In this document: in pieces, positions 20,581-29,111 of the stretch
Position numbering within the stretch: the first letter of the stretch is position 1
Layout of the letters: each line of letters opens with the position of its first letter
Source of the DNA: Nanobdellota archaeon
GTDB lineage: Archaea; Nanobdellota; Nanobdellia; Pacearchaeales; GW2011-AR1
Direction: 5' to 3'
Assembly: GCA_039714095.1 (NCBI GenBank)
Contig: JBDLJZ010000003.1
Span: forward strand, 1 to 44,166
DNA length: 44,166 bases
Program-made: the position numbers and the translations under genes
Notes under the pieces: generated by a model
What the model saw: only the letters and a program-made list of their open reading frames with translations
Databases searched by the model: none
What the model was told of the DNA's origin: nothing

Positions 20581-20731
20581 TTCTAAATCCAAATCTTAAT
20601 AAAATCTTGAACTTTCTTTAATTTATTGCAGATTTTTAATTAAAAATCTTTATACTCGCAATTATTGAAATGCTCGCCCTTTGGGATTATTTTTGCAAAA
20701 TCCTTAAATAGTTTATTTACAAAATTAATTT

Positions 20732-21928
20732 ATGATAATAAAGAGTGTGTCAGCCAAATCTATTTTAGATTCTCGCAAAGAAAAAACAATATTTATTTCA
20801 ATTAAAACAAACCTTGGAAAATTTTCTGCAAGTGCACCAAATGGAAAATCCACTGGAAAATTCTCAACAAAAATTTACAAAAAGTCTTTAGAACAAGACA
20901 TTGAAACAATTAAAAAATTCAGTGAATATTTTTCAAATGAAATCTTAGAAAAGTTTGAAGATTTACGAAGAATTGAAGATATTCTTGACAATCATGTTGG
21001 AGCTAATACACTTTTTGCTTTAGAATCAGCAACATTAAAAGCAATTGCAAAAGAACAAAAAAAAGAAATATGGGAGATTATTTATTCTTCACATGACTTC
21101 TCTGCTAAAGCAAAGAATCCTAAAAAACTTCCACGTTTAGTTGGTAATTGTATTGGGGGTGGAAAACATGCAGAAACTATTGATGGAAAAAAACCAGACT
21201 TCCAAGAATTTTTATTAATCCCAGATTCACACTCAGTTATTCAAGCCTTAAATACAAATAAATTTATAAAAATAAAATCTGGACAAAATTTAAAAACATT
21301 TGACAGCAAATTCAAAAATACAAAAAGTGATGAAGATGCATGGATGACATCTCTTGACGATAAATCTGTTTTAGAAGTCTTAAAAAATTCAATAAAACCA
21401 AAAACTAATTTAGGTTTAGATATTGCGTCCTCAAGTTTTTACAGACGAAAAAAATATCATTATAAAAATCCAAAACTTGACAGAACACCAGAAGAACAAT
21501 TCAACTATCTTTCTAATCTAATAAAAAATTTTAATTTATTTTATCTTGAAGATCCTTTTGAAGAAAATAATTTTGAAAATTTTACAAAACTCTTGAAAAA
21601 ATTTCCAGATAAATTAATTGTTGGAGATGATTTAACAGTTACAAATTATAAACGATTAGAAAAAGCAATAAACGAAAAAAGCATAAACACAATAATTGTA
21701 AAACCAAACCAAAACGGTTCATTAATTGAAGTCAAGCGTGTTTGCGAATTAGCAAAAAAACACAATATAAAAATTGTTTTTTCTCATAGAAGTGGAGAGA
21801 CAAAAGAAAATATTTTAGCAGATTTAGCATTTGGATTTCAAGCAGATTTCTTTAAATGTGGAATAACTGGAGATGAAAGAGAATCAAAGTTAAATAGATT
21901 AATTGAGATTGAGAAAGGTTTGAAATGA
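20732..21928 (+). CDS. eno: enolase (divergent)
   Basis: ILDSR, QEF, EDP, VGDDL, KPNQ and SHRSGET motifs. Confidence 0.9.
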   Translation: MIIKSVSAKSILDSRKEKTIFISIKTNLGKFSASAPNGKSTGKFSTKIYKKSLEQDIETIKKFSEYFSNEILEKFEDLRRIEDILDNHVGANTLFALESATLKAIAKEQKKEIWEIIYSSHDFSAKAKNPKKLPRLVGNCIGGGKHAETIDGKKPDFQEFLLIPDSHSVIQALNTNKFIKIKSGQNLKTFDSKFKNTKSDEDAWMTSLDDKSVLEVLKNSIKPKTNLGLDIASSSFYRRKKYHYKNPKLDRTPEEQFNYLSNLIKNFNLFYLEDPFEENNFENFTKLLKKFPDKLIVGDDLTVTNYKRLEKAINEKSINTIIVKPNQNGSLIEVKRVCELAKKHNIKIVFSHRSGETKENILADLAFGFQADFFKCGITGDERESKLNRLIEIEKGLK

Positions 21929-22025
21929 TTTTTAAGAGTATAGCCCCACCTAAACCTTATAAGAATATATTTTCAACAAATTCATTTGGAGAAAAGATTA
22001 AAAATGCTTTTTTCCTAATTTAGTT

Positions 22026-24602
22026 ATGAAAAAAAGTGTTGTGTTTGGTATTTTTTTTATCTTCATTTGTTTTAGCTTTATATCTGCTTTTTCATTTGAT
22101 GATTTATTTGGAAAGATTACTGGGAAAGCTATAGGAGGTGCTACTGAAATTCGTAGCTGGAATGATTTGCAAAATATGAAAAATGATTTAGACGGGGATT
22201 ATGTTTTAATGAATAATTTAGACGAAAATTCTTTTGGTTATCAAAATTATAATAGTGGACTTGGATTTGAACCTATTGGTTTTGGGAATTGTAATGGTGC
22301 CGATAATTTTAAAGGAAGTTTTGACGGCAAAGATTATACTATCAAGGGACTTTATATCAATAGACCAACAAATTCAGATGTAGGTTTATTTGGCTGTATA
22401 TGGACTAATACAACTATAAAAAATTTCAATCTTGAGGAAATTAGAATAATTGGAAATAATTATGTGGGAGGAGTTGTAGGAAATACTTATGGGATAAATA
22501 ATAGTCTCTTGGATATTTCTGTTTCTGGAAATGTTTCTGGAAATGATTCTATTGGAGGGGCTGTGGGATATTTAGCTGAAGGGAATCTTGCATATAGGAT
22601 TTCTGCTAATGGGAATGTACTGGGAGAAGAGAATGTCGGAGGGCTTGTAGGACATTTGTCAGGATTTCTTATTGAGTCTATTTATAGTGGCAATGTAGAC
22701 GGAAATCAGAAGATAGGAGGATTAGTAGGTTATAGTAATGGGGATGTTAGTCTTTCTTCTGTAAAAGGTATTGTATCTGGTAGTAGTAGGGTGGGGGGAT
22801 TAGTTGGTGTATCTGCTTCTGATATTTCTTATTCTAATTTTAATGGGCAAATAAATGGAGGTGATGAAATAGGTGGACTAATTGGATACTCTTTTGTTGG
22901 TAGTAAAATTACCAATTCCTATTCAAGAGGAGAGATTAATGGAAGTGGAAATTATGTTGGTGGACTAATTGGATTTAGTTTTTCTAATTTATCAGATTCA
23001 TATCATGTAGGAGGTGTAGGCGGAAGTAATTATGTTGGTGGATTAATTGGACAGAATCAAGGAGATAAGGTTATCAATTCTTACTCAAATGGAAAAGTTA
23101 ATGGGAGCGGAAATTATGTTGGAGGTCTTGTTGGAATTAATAAAGGAATTATTGATAGATCATATTTTTCTGGAAATGTTTATGGAAATAATTATGTAGG
23201 TGGATTGATTGGGGAAAATAATGAAAGGTTAACTTTAGTATCTGCACAAGGAGATTTTGAAGGCAATAATTATGTTGGAGGGTTAATAGGTAATAATACT
23301 AATAGAGTTTTTTATTCATATGTCATAGGGGATGTAAATGGGTTAAATGATGTCGGAGGGCTGATAGGGAATAATATTGGGAGTATAAATAATTCTTATG
23401 CAGAAATAAATATTATAGGCACTAATAATATTGGAGGACTTGTAGGTTACAATAGAGGAATTATAAAAGATGTGTTTGTGAGTGGTCGTGCAAATGGGGT
23501 TGCAAATATCGGAGGACTTGTAGGGGAGAATAATGCAGATATAAGTAATGTTTATTCAAATGTTTATACAAATGGAACTACAAAAATTGGAGGACTCATA
23601 GGAAAGAATAATGCAGGAGCGATTAAAGATGTGTTTGCTATTGGAAACGTAAAAGGAACAAATTTTATAGGGGGATTGATTGGTTCTTTTGTCGGAGGTT
23701 CTGTTAATAATCTTTATTTATATTGGGATACTTCTTTTGGAGATTTAGATTACTGTTTGAAGATTAATAATGAGATTGATATTAATTGTACTGTCCGACC
23801 CAATGATTTAAATTATTTTAAGGGAAATGTTTCTTTAAGAGAGCCTATGATAAATTGGGATTTTATTAATATTTGGAAAGAAGTGGATACAAACTATCCT
23901 GTATTAAAATTTTATACTACTTTACCTGCTGGAAGTGTAATTACCTCTCCCTATCCAACTTCTACTTGCAGTTCTTCTGATTTAAGTGCATGCAATGATG
24001 AGAGCTCTTGTCAAGATAATAGTGGATTTTGGTATGGAAATGACTGTTATTCAGAGAGTCAGAGAGATGAAGGAGATGAAGATGAAGAATACGAAGAATT
24101 AGATTATACTAGTGCTAGGTTTTGGGAGTTAACTGAAAGAAGAGACACAAGGGAGTTTTATGTGGGTGAAAAAATTAATATGAAATTAGATGAAAGACAA
24201 AGAGTGAGGATTAAGTTTGATAATGATGTGCATTACGTAGGAGTTGTTGAGCTTAGTGGAAGGTGGGCAGTAATAAGTGTTGCAAGTGATCCTCAAAAAG
24301 TTCAATTTTTTCTTGGAGATGAAAAAATGTTTGACGTTGATGGGGATGGAATTGGAGATTTATCTATTGAATTAGAGTCAATTAGGAGTGATTATGCAAG
24401 TGTGATTGTTAAAAGAGTTTCTAAGAGAATGCCTATAAGAGATGTTGGCGGAGACACTGAAGAAGCTGATTTAGGATATGCTGATGTTCCAAGCGAGTAT
24501 GGTGTAAAAGATTTCGTAATATTTATATTGGGTTCATTAATTGTTCTTATGATACTTTATGCAATAATGGGAAAAAAGAAGATTCAAAAGTTAGAGTGGT
24601 GA
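22026..24602 (+). CDS. GLUG-repeat surface protein with a C-terminal TM helix
   Basis: Signal peptide, FKGSFDGKDYTI, many VGGLVG/IGGLIG repeats. Confidence 0.88.
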   Translation: MKKSVVFGIFFIFICFSFISAFSFDDLFGKITGKAIGGATEIRSWNDLQNMKNDLDGDYVLMNNLDENSFGYQNYNSGLGFEPIGFGNCNGADNFKGSFDGKDYTIKGLYINRPTNSDVGLFGCIWTNTTIKNFNLEEIRIIGNNYVGGVVGNTYGINNSLLDISVSGNVSGNDSIGGAVGYLAEGNLAYRISANGNVLGEENVGGLVGHLSGFLIESIYSGNVDGNQKIGGLVGYSNGDVSLSSVKGIVSGSSRVGGLVGVSASDISYSNFNGQINGGDEIGGLIGYSFVGSKITNSYSRGEINGSGNYVGGLIGFSFSNLSDSYHVGGVGGSNYVGGLIGQNQGDKVINSYSNGKVNGSGNYVGGLVGINKGIIDRSYFSGNVYGNNYVGGLIGENNERLTLVSAQGDFEGNNYVGGLIGNNTNRVFYSYVIGDVNGLNDVGGLIGNNIGSINNSYAEINIIGTNNIGGLVGYNRGIIKDVFVSGRANGVANIGGLVGENNADISNVYSNVYTNGTTKIGGLIGKNNAGAIKDVFAIGNVKGTNFIGGLIGSFVGGSVNNLYLYWDTSFGDLDYCLKINNEIDINCTVRPNDLNYFKGNVSLREPMINWDFINIWKEVDTNYPVLKFYTTLPAGSVITSPYPTSTCSSSDLSACNDESSCQDNSGFWYGNDCYSESQRDEGDEDEEYEELDYTSARFWELTERRDTREFYVGEKINMKLDERQRVRIKFDNDVHYVGVVELSGRWAVISVASDPQKVQFFLGDEKMFDVDGDGIGDLSIELESIRSDYASVIVKRVSKRMPIRDVGGDTEEADLGYADVPSEYGVKDFVIFILGSLIVLMILYAIMGKKKIQKLEW

Positions 24603-24775
24603 GAACAATTTGGTTGGTATAAAGTTCATATCTATTTTTATTATTCCTCTAATTAGATGGCTAATAAAATCTTTAAAATAATTCTAATACCGATACTTTG
24701 GAGGCACTCAGTTTAAAGTAGTTGTGTTGAGAAATTGATAACAAAATTTATAAGTTTCAATAATTTGATAAACTT

Positions 24776-24979
24776 ATGGAAGCACAAATTAATCTTCAAG
24801 AAATAATGGAAAAATTAGTTCAACTTCAAGAAGATGTTAATTTTATTAAATGCAATATGGTTAATCCTGATTGTATTCTTGATGAGGATGACCTTGAAGC
24901 GTTAAAATTAGCTAGAGAGGAGTATAAGAATGGAGAGACAATATCTCATGAAGAATTAATAAAAGAACTTGGACTATGA
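24776..24979 (+). CDS. putative antitoxin
   Basis: Small acidic protein ending GETISHEELIKELGL; ATGA overlap with the RelE-like gene. Confidence 0.75.
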   Translation: MEAQINLQEIMEKLVQLQEDVNFIKCNMVNPDCILDEDDLEALKLAREEYKNGETISHEELIKELGL

Positions 24980-25233
24980 AATTTGAATTAGATTATTCAA
25001 AAAGTTCAAAGAAATTTCTTAGGAAATCTGAAAAAGAATTATTGTTAAGGATTTTTAATAAATTGGAAAAACTAAAAGAAAATCCTGTTCCTTCTGATGC
25101 TAAAAGAATTGAAGGTTCTAAAGAACTAACTTTTAGAATAAGAATTGGAAAATATAGAATTCTTTATGAAGTTAATAATAACAAGAAAGTTGTTCTTGTT
25201 TCAAAGATTGATAATCGTGAAAAAGTTTATTAA
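24976..25233 (+). CDS. RelE/ParE-family toxin
   Basis: Basic 85-aa protein with FRIRIGKYRILY and R.KVY motifs. Confidence 0.88.
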   Translation: MKFELDYSKSSKKFLRKSEKELLLRIFNKLEKLKENPVPSDAKRIEGSKELTFRIRIGKYRILYEVNNNKKVVLVSKIDNREKVY

Positions 25234-25242
25234 AATAATTAA

Positions 25243-26829
25243 TCACTTCTTATATCTAATCGCAGCCTCAATTAGTCCCTTGAATAATGGGGCAGGATTT
25301 AATAAACTACTTTTTAATTCAGGGTGTGCTTGTGTTCCCACAAAATAAGGATGGTTTTTGAGTTCTATGAATTCTACAAGGCTGTTGTCCGGAGACATCC
25401 CTGAAAAAACCAAACCATTTTGCTGTAGCAATTCATGATAATCTTGGTTTACTTCATATCTATGTCTATGACGTTCAGAAACTTCTGTTGAATTGTAAAG
25501 TGTGTGAATTTTTGTGTCTTCTTTAATTTTTGCAAGACAAGAACCCAATCTCATTGTTCCGCCTTTGCCACTAATATTTTTTTGACTTTCTAATATATGA
25601 ATTACAGGATGTTCAGTGTTAGAATTTACTTCAGTAGTATTAGAATCTTTTAATCCACAAACATTTCTCGCAAAATCAATTACTGCCATTTGCAAACCAT
25701 AACAAATTCCAAGAAACGGAACTTTATTTTCCCTACAATATTCTACTACTTTTATTTTCCCTTCTGTTCCTCTTGAACCAAATCCTCCTGGAACTATAAC
25801 TCCTGACACACAATTTAAATCTATTTTATTTTCATTACTTGTATCAATCCACTTTAAATTTATTTTTACTGAAAAATGCGAGGCACAATGATTAAGTGCT
25901 TCAATTATACTTGCATAAGAGTCTTCAAGAAGAGTATATTTCCCTGCAATAGCAATTGTTATGTGCTCTTTAGGATTTTCTCTTTTCCTTATAAGTTCTG
26001 CCCAAGTATCTAAATTAGATTTTATAGGAATATTTAATTTTCTTGCTAATAATTGGGAAATTCCTTGTTCTTCAAATACCAATGGAATTTTTGAAACATC
26101 ATCCACATCAATACCAGTGATTACTTTTTCAGGGTCAAGCCCACTTGATTTTGCAATTTTGTTTCTAACATTTTTATTTAACATTTCACTACATCTTGCA
26201 ATAATAATATCTGGTTCAATGCCTCTTTGCCTAAGAAGACTAATGCTTTGTTGCGTGGGCTTTGATTTTTGCTCATCAACCCCATAAGGAATAGGAACAT
26301 AAGTTAAATGAATATACACGACATTTTCTTTCCCCACAGTCTGCGATAAATTTTTTACAGCATCAATATATAATTCGTTTTCCATATCTCCAACTGTTCC
26401 ACCTATTTCTATTAATACAATTTCAGTTTTACTTTCTTCACCAATTTTTATGAAATGATTTTTTATAAAATTTGAAACATGGGGAATCATTTGAACTGTC
26501 TGCCCTAAATAATCTCCTCTTCGTTCTTTGATTCTTATTTCTCTAAACACTTTTCCCATTGTAAGATTCCATTCAGATTTACAATTTACTCCGATAAATC
26601 TTTCATAATGTCCAAAATCCATATCAACTTCTCCACCGTCGTCAAGAACAAAGACTTCTCCGTGTTCTGTGGGGTTCATTGTTCCAGGGTCAACATTGAG
26701 ATATCCGTCACATTTGATTGGAATGACTTTATAATTTTTTGATAAAATTGTCCCGATACTTGCAAGAGCTATTCCTTTTCCAAGACCAGAAAGCACACCT
26801 CCTGTTATCACCACGTATTTTCTTTGCAT
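25243..26829 (-). CDS. pyrG: CTP synthase
   Basis: TGGVLSGLGKG, GICYGLQ, RHRHRYE and QAHPE motifs. Confidence 0.97.
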   Translation of the reverse strand: MQRKYVVITGGVLSGLGKGIALASIGTILSKNYKVIPIKCDGYLNVDPGTMNPTEHGEVFVLDDGGEVDMDFGHYERFIGVNCKSEWNLTMGKVFREIRIKERRGDYLGQTVQMIPHVSNFIKNHFIKIGEESKTEIVLIEIGGTVGDMENELYIDAVKNLSQTVGKENVVYIHLTYVPIPYGVDEQKSKPTQQSISLLRQRGIEPDIIIARCSEMLNKNVRNKIAKSSGLDPEKVITGIDVDDVSKIPLVFEEQGISQLLARKLNIPIKSNLDTWAELIRKRENPKEHITIAIAGKYTLLEDSYASIIEALNHCASHFSVKINLKWIDTSNENKIDLNCVSGVIVPGGFGSRGTEGKIKVVEYCRENKVPFLGICYGLQMAVIDFARNVCGLKDSNTTEVNSNTEHPVIHILESQKNISGKGGTMRLGSCLAKIKEDTKIHTLYNSTEVSERHRHRYEVNQDYHELLQQNGLVFSGMSPDNSLVEFIELKNHPYFVGTQAHPELKSSLLNPAPLFKGLIEAAIRYKK

Positions 26830-26940
26830 ATTTAATTTTTGATTGTTGAACTTTTAAAAATTGCTGTTGTCCAATAATATATTTAATTAATTAAAATAAT
26901 CCACAAAAAGTTTTATAAACCATTTCTTCTCCAATTTCTT

Positions 26941-27807
26941 ATGACTAATAAAGAAAATAATACAAAAGAAAAAATAGAAATTAAAGAAGATATTCAAGAA
27001 GAATTTACTGAAGAATTAGAAAAAAAAGAAAATTCTAAAGAAGATAATGATTTAAAAAAAGCTGCTGAAAAAGAATCTTTAGCAACAGAAGAACCAAAAA
27101 AAGAATTATCTTTAGAAGAAAAAAAGAAAGCTCTTTTAGAAAAAGTAAAAAAACTAAAATCAAAAGTTGATGTTACTGAAACTTCTGAAGAATTAAAAGA
27201 GCAAGTTAAAATTAAGAAAAGGGATGATATGCTTATACCTTTAGATGAATATGTTAAAGCAGGAATTTATCTTGGAACAAAAGTCGTAACCCCTGACATG
27301 AAACCTTTTATTTACAGAAGAAGAGCAGACGGATTGGCAATTTTTAATACAGATTTAATTGACGAAAAAATCAAAGAAGCAATTGAATACTTGAATAAAT
27401 TTAATGCAGAAGACGTGGTTCTTGTTTGCAAAAGACAAGCAGGTTGGAAGGGAGCATTGATGTTTTCAGAATTAACAGGCATTAGAGTTTTCACAAAAAA
27501 ATATCCTGCAGGAATTTTAACAAACACAAATCTTGAAGATTTCTTTGAAAACGAACTAACAATTGTAACAGATTCATGGTTAGACAAAAACGCATTAAAC
27601 GATACACTAAATGTAAAGAAAAAAGTCTTGATGATTTGCGACACAAACAACTTTTCAAAAGGAGCAGACAAAGTGATAATTGGGAACAATAAGCATCACA
27701 AATCTTTAGGTGTAATATTTTATCTTTTAACAAGAGGATTTTGTAAAGTAAAAAAGATTGATGCGAAGATACCTGAGTTGGACTGGTGGGTAGAAGAGTC
27801 TAATTGA
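26941..27807 (+). CDS. rps2: 30S ribosomal protein S2 with a charged N-terminal extension
   Basis: YVKAGIYLGTK, MKPFIYRRRADGL, GILTN, CDTNN and GNNK motifs. Confidence 0.92.
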   Translation: MTNKENNTKEKIEIKEDIQEEFTEELEKKENSKEDNDLKKAAEKESLATEEPKKELSLEEKKKALLEKVKKLKSKVDVTETSEELKEQVKIKKRDDMLIPLDEYVKAGIYLGTKVVTPDMKPFIYRRRADGLAIFNTDLIDEKIKEAIEYLNKFNAEDVVLVCKRQAGWKGALMFSELTGIRVFTKKYPAGILTNTNLEDFFENELTIVTDSWLDKNALNDTLNVKKKVLMICDTNNFSKGADKVIIGNNKHHKSLGVIFYLLTRGFCKVKKIDAKIPELDWWVEESN

Positions 27808-27975
27808 TTTTGTTTCTTTTTGATTTATACTTCGTTATTTCCTTCCTCACATAGACAACTATGCTACTGAAGAAAAGTGCCTCGTCTAAACGCAAAAATA
27901 ATTCAAAATTTGGGAAAGAGTAAGAGAAAGAATAATTACAATAAGTTTTTATATAATAAATAATTTAAATTTTTA

Positions 27976-28368
27976 ATGGAAAAGCAGTATAAAAGTTTAG
28001 GTGAGTTGGTTAAAAAATCTGGAGTTATTGGAGCTGTGAGATACAAATTTCTTGAAATGAGAGATCGAAGTAAAGTTTTTAATCATATTTGCATGAATCC
28101 TTCACCCCAGCCTTTAATGACAACGGCGTATAATGGAAACTATGTTGCAGCTTGGGATGATATGGGAATACTTGTTTATTTTAATCCAAATCCAAATTAT
28201 CCCGAGGATGCTTATGGTTCAATTAAGTTAGGAAAAGATGGAACTTATTCTCTTGTAAAATTGACTGAAAAAGAGATTAATAAAAAAATTCCAATAAATT
28301 TTGCCAATAAAATTCATGCAATTGGTGGGACAGATCATTCTCGAACTAAAACTAATCAATCTTCATAA
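27976..28368 (+). CDS. hypothetical protein
   Basis: 130-aa ORF with a TATA-like TTTATATA upstream. Confidence 0.65.
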   Translation: MEKQYKSLGELVKKSGVIGAVRYKFLEMRDRSKVFNHICMNPSPQPLMTTAYNGNYVAAWDDMGILVYFNPNPNYPEDAYGSIKLGKDGTYSLVKLTEKEINKKIPINFANKIHAIGGTDHSRTKTNQSS

Positions 28369-28774
28369 ACAGCCAATTCTTTTTCTCACCACCAAGTTTA
28401 GCATTAACTAAAACATATTTCCCTTTCAATTTTTTTCCAAAAATTTCAAATTCAATTTTTTTGCCCTTAGTAAAAATATCTTTTTGGATATTTTTCTGGG
28501 TACGCCCTTGGGTGCTTAATTCATCATCAATCAGTTCATAAGTCCCTTTGTCCCAAATTTTTACTGTTCCTTTTCCATAACCCTCTTTAATTTCTCCTTC
28601 AAATTTCGCGTAACTAATTGGATGGTCCTCTACTTGAATAGCAAGTCGTTTAATCTTTTTTACCTTTGGTGGAACTTTTGGCAAAGCCCAACTTTTTAAA
28701 ACACCGTTCATCTCAAGACGTAAATCCCAATGCAAATGAGAAGCATTGTGCTCTTGAATTACATATTTTGGCAT
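28352..28774 (-). CDS. stand-alone LigD 3'-phosphoesterase domain with an in-frame insertion
   Basis: YVIQEH, HWDLRLE, VLKSWALPK, VEDHP, YGKGTVKIWDKG motifs. Confidence 0.9.
   Translation of the reverse strand: MPKYVIQEHNASHLHWDLRLEMNGVLKSWALPKVPPKVKKIKRLAIQVEDHPISYAKFEGEIKEGYGKGTVKIWDKGTYELIDDELSTQGRTQKNIQKDIFTKGKKIEFEIFGKKLKGKYVLVNAKLGGEKKNWLFMKID
28463..28515 (-). repeat. palindromic element inserted in frame in the LigD phosphoesterase gene
   Basis: GCACCCAAGGGCGTACCCAGAAAAATATCCAAAAAGATATTTTTACTAAGGGC aligns end to end with 29052-29101. Confidence 0.85.
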
Positions 28775-28927
28775 AAATAATTAAGTAAATTAAAATTTAT
28801 AAAATCTCCGTCGCCAAACTATAATTTTTCTAACCAAACATTTATATACCTAATTTTTCTGGATTAATTATTAACTAAGATGAGTGCCTTATTTAAATCA
28901 TGTTTAACCTTGAATTAAGGTATGATG

Positions 28928-28967
28928 CAGTAGCAGTCATAGTTGTAGTTCTAAAAAAATTATAATA
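28928..28967 (+). other. 5' arm of the 16S processing stem (pairs with ~30566-30604)
   Basis: CAGTAGCAGTCATAGTTGTAGTTC...ATTATAATA is imperfectly complementary to TATTATAAT..GAATTACAGTTATGCTGCTTTACTG. Confidence 0.7.
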
Positions 28968-29051
28968 CAGCCAATAGTTAGGATTTGTGTGAAGTGATTT
29001 GTTTTCTTATAGACAAATTGCGCAATAAAGAATTTTATTTTAATAATTTTC

Positions 29052-29101
29052 GCACCAAATGGTGTACCCTGAAAAATCTTGAAAAGATTTTTACTAAGGG
29101 C
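29052..29101 (+). repeat. palindromic element in the 16S leader
   Basis: GCACCAAATGGTGTACCCTGAAAAATCTTGAAAAGATTTTTACTAAGGGC; two hairpins. Confidence 0.85.
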
Positions 29102-29111
29102 AATATTGTTA

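Noticed and set aside
21085-21120. Small hairpin TTCTCTGCT-AA-AGCAAAGAA in a possible enolase insertion
   Set aside because: Too short and in a variable loop; cannot be assigned to the element family without an alignment.
22450-23700. Periodic repeats such as AATTATGTTGGTGG
   Set aside because: These encode GLUG protein repeats; they are degenerate at third positions and are not a CRISPR array.
24610-24681. Possible orphan 3' end of a membrane gene (LVGIKFISIFIIPLIRWLIKSLK*)
   Set aside because: No matching parent gene in the window, and AT-rich DNA readily gives such peptides.
26941-27225. Long Lys/Glu-rich N-terminal extension of Rps2
   Set aside because: Low-complexity charged extension with no further signal; similar tails occur on other proteins here, such as RpoK.
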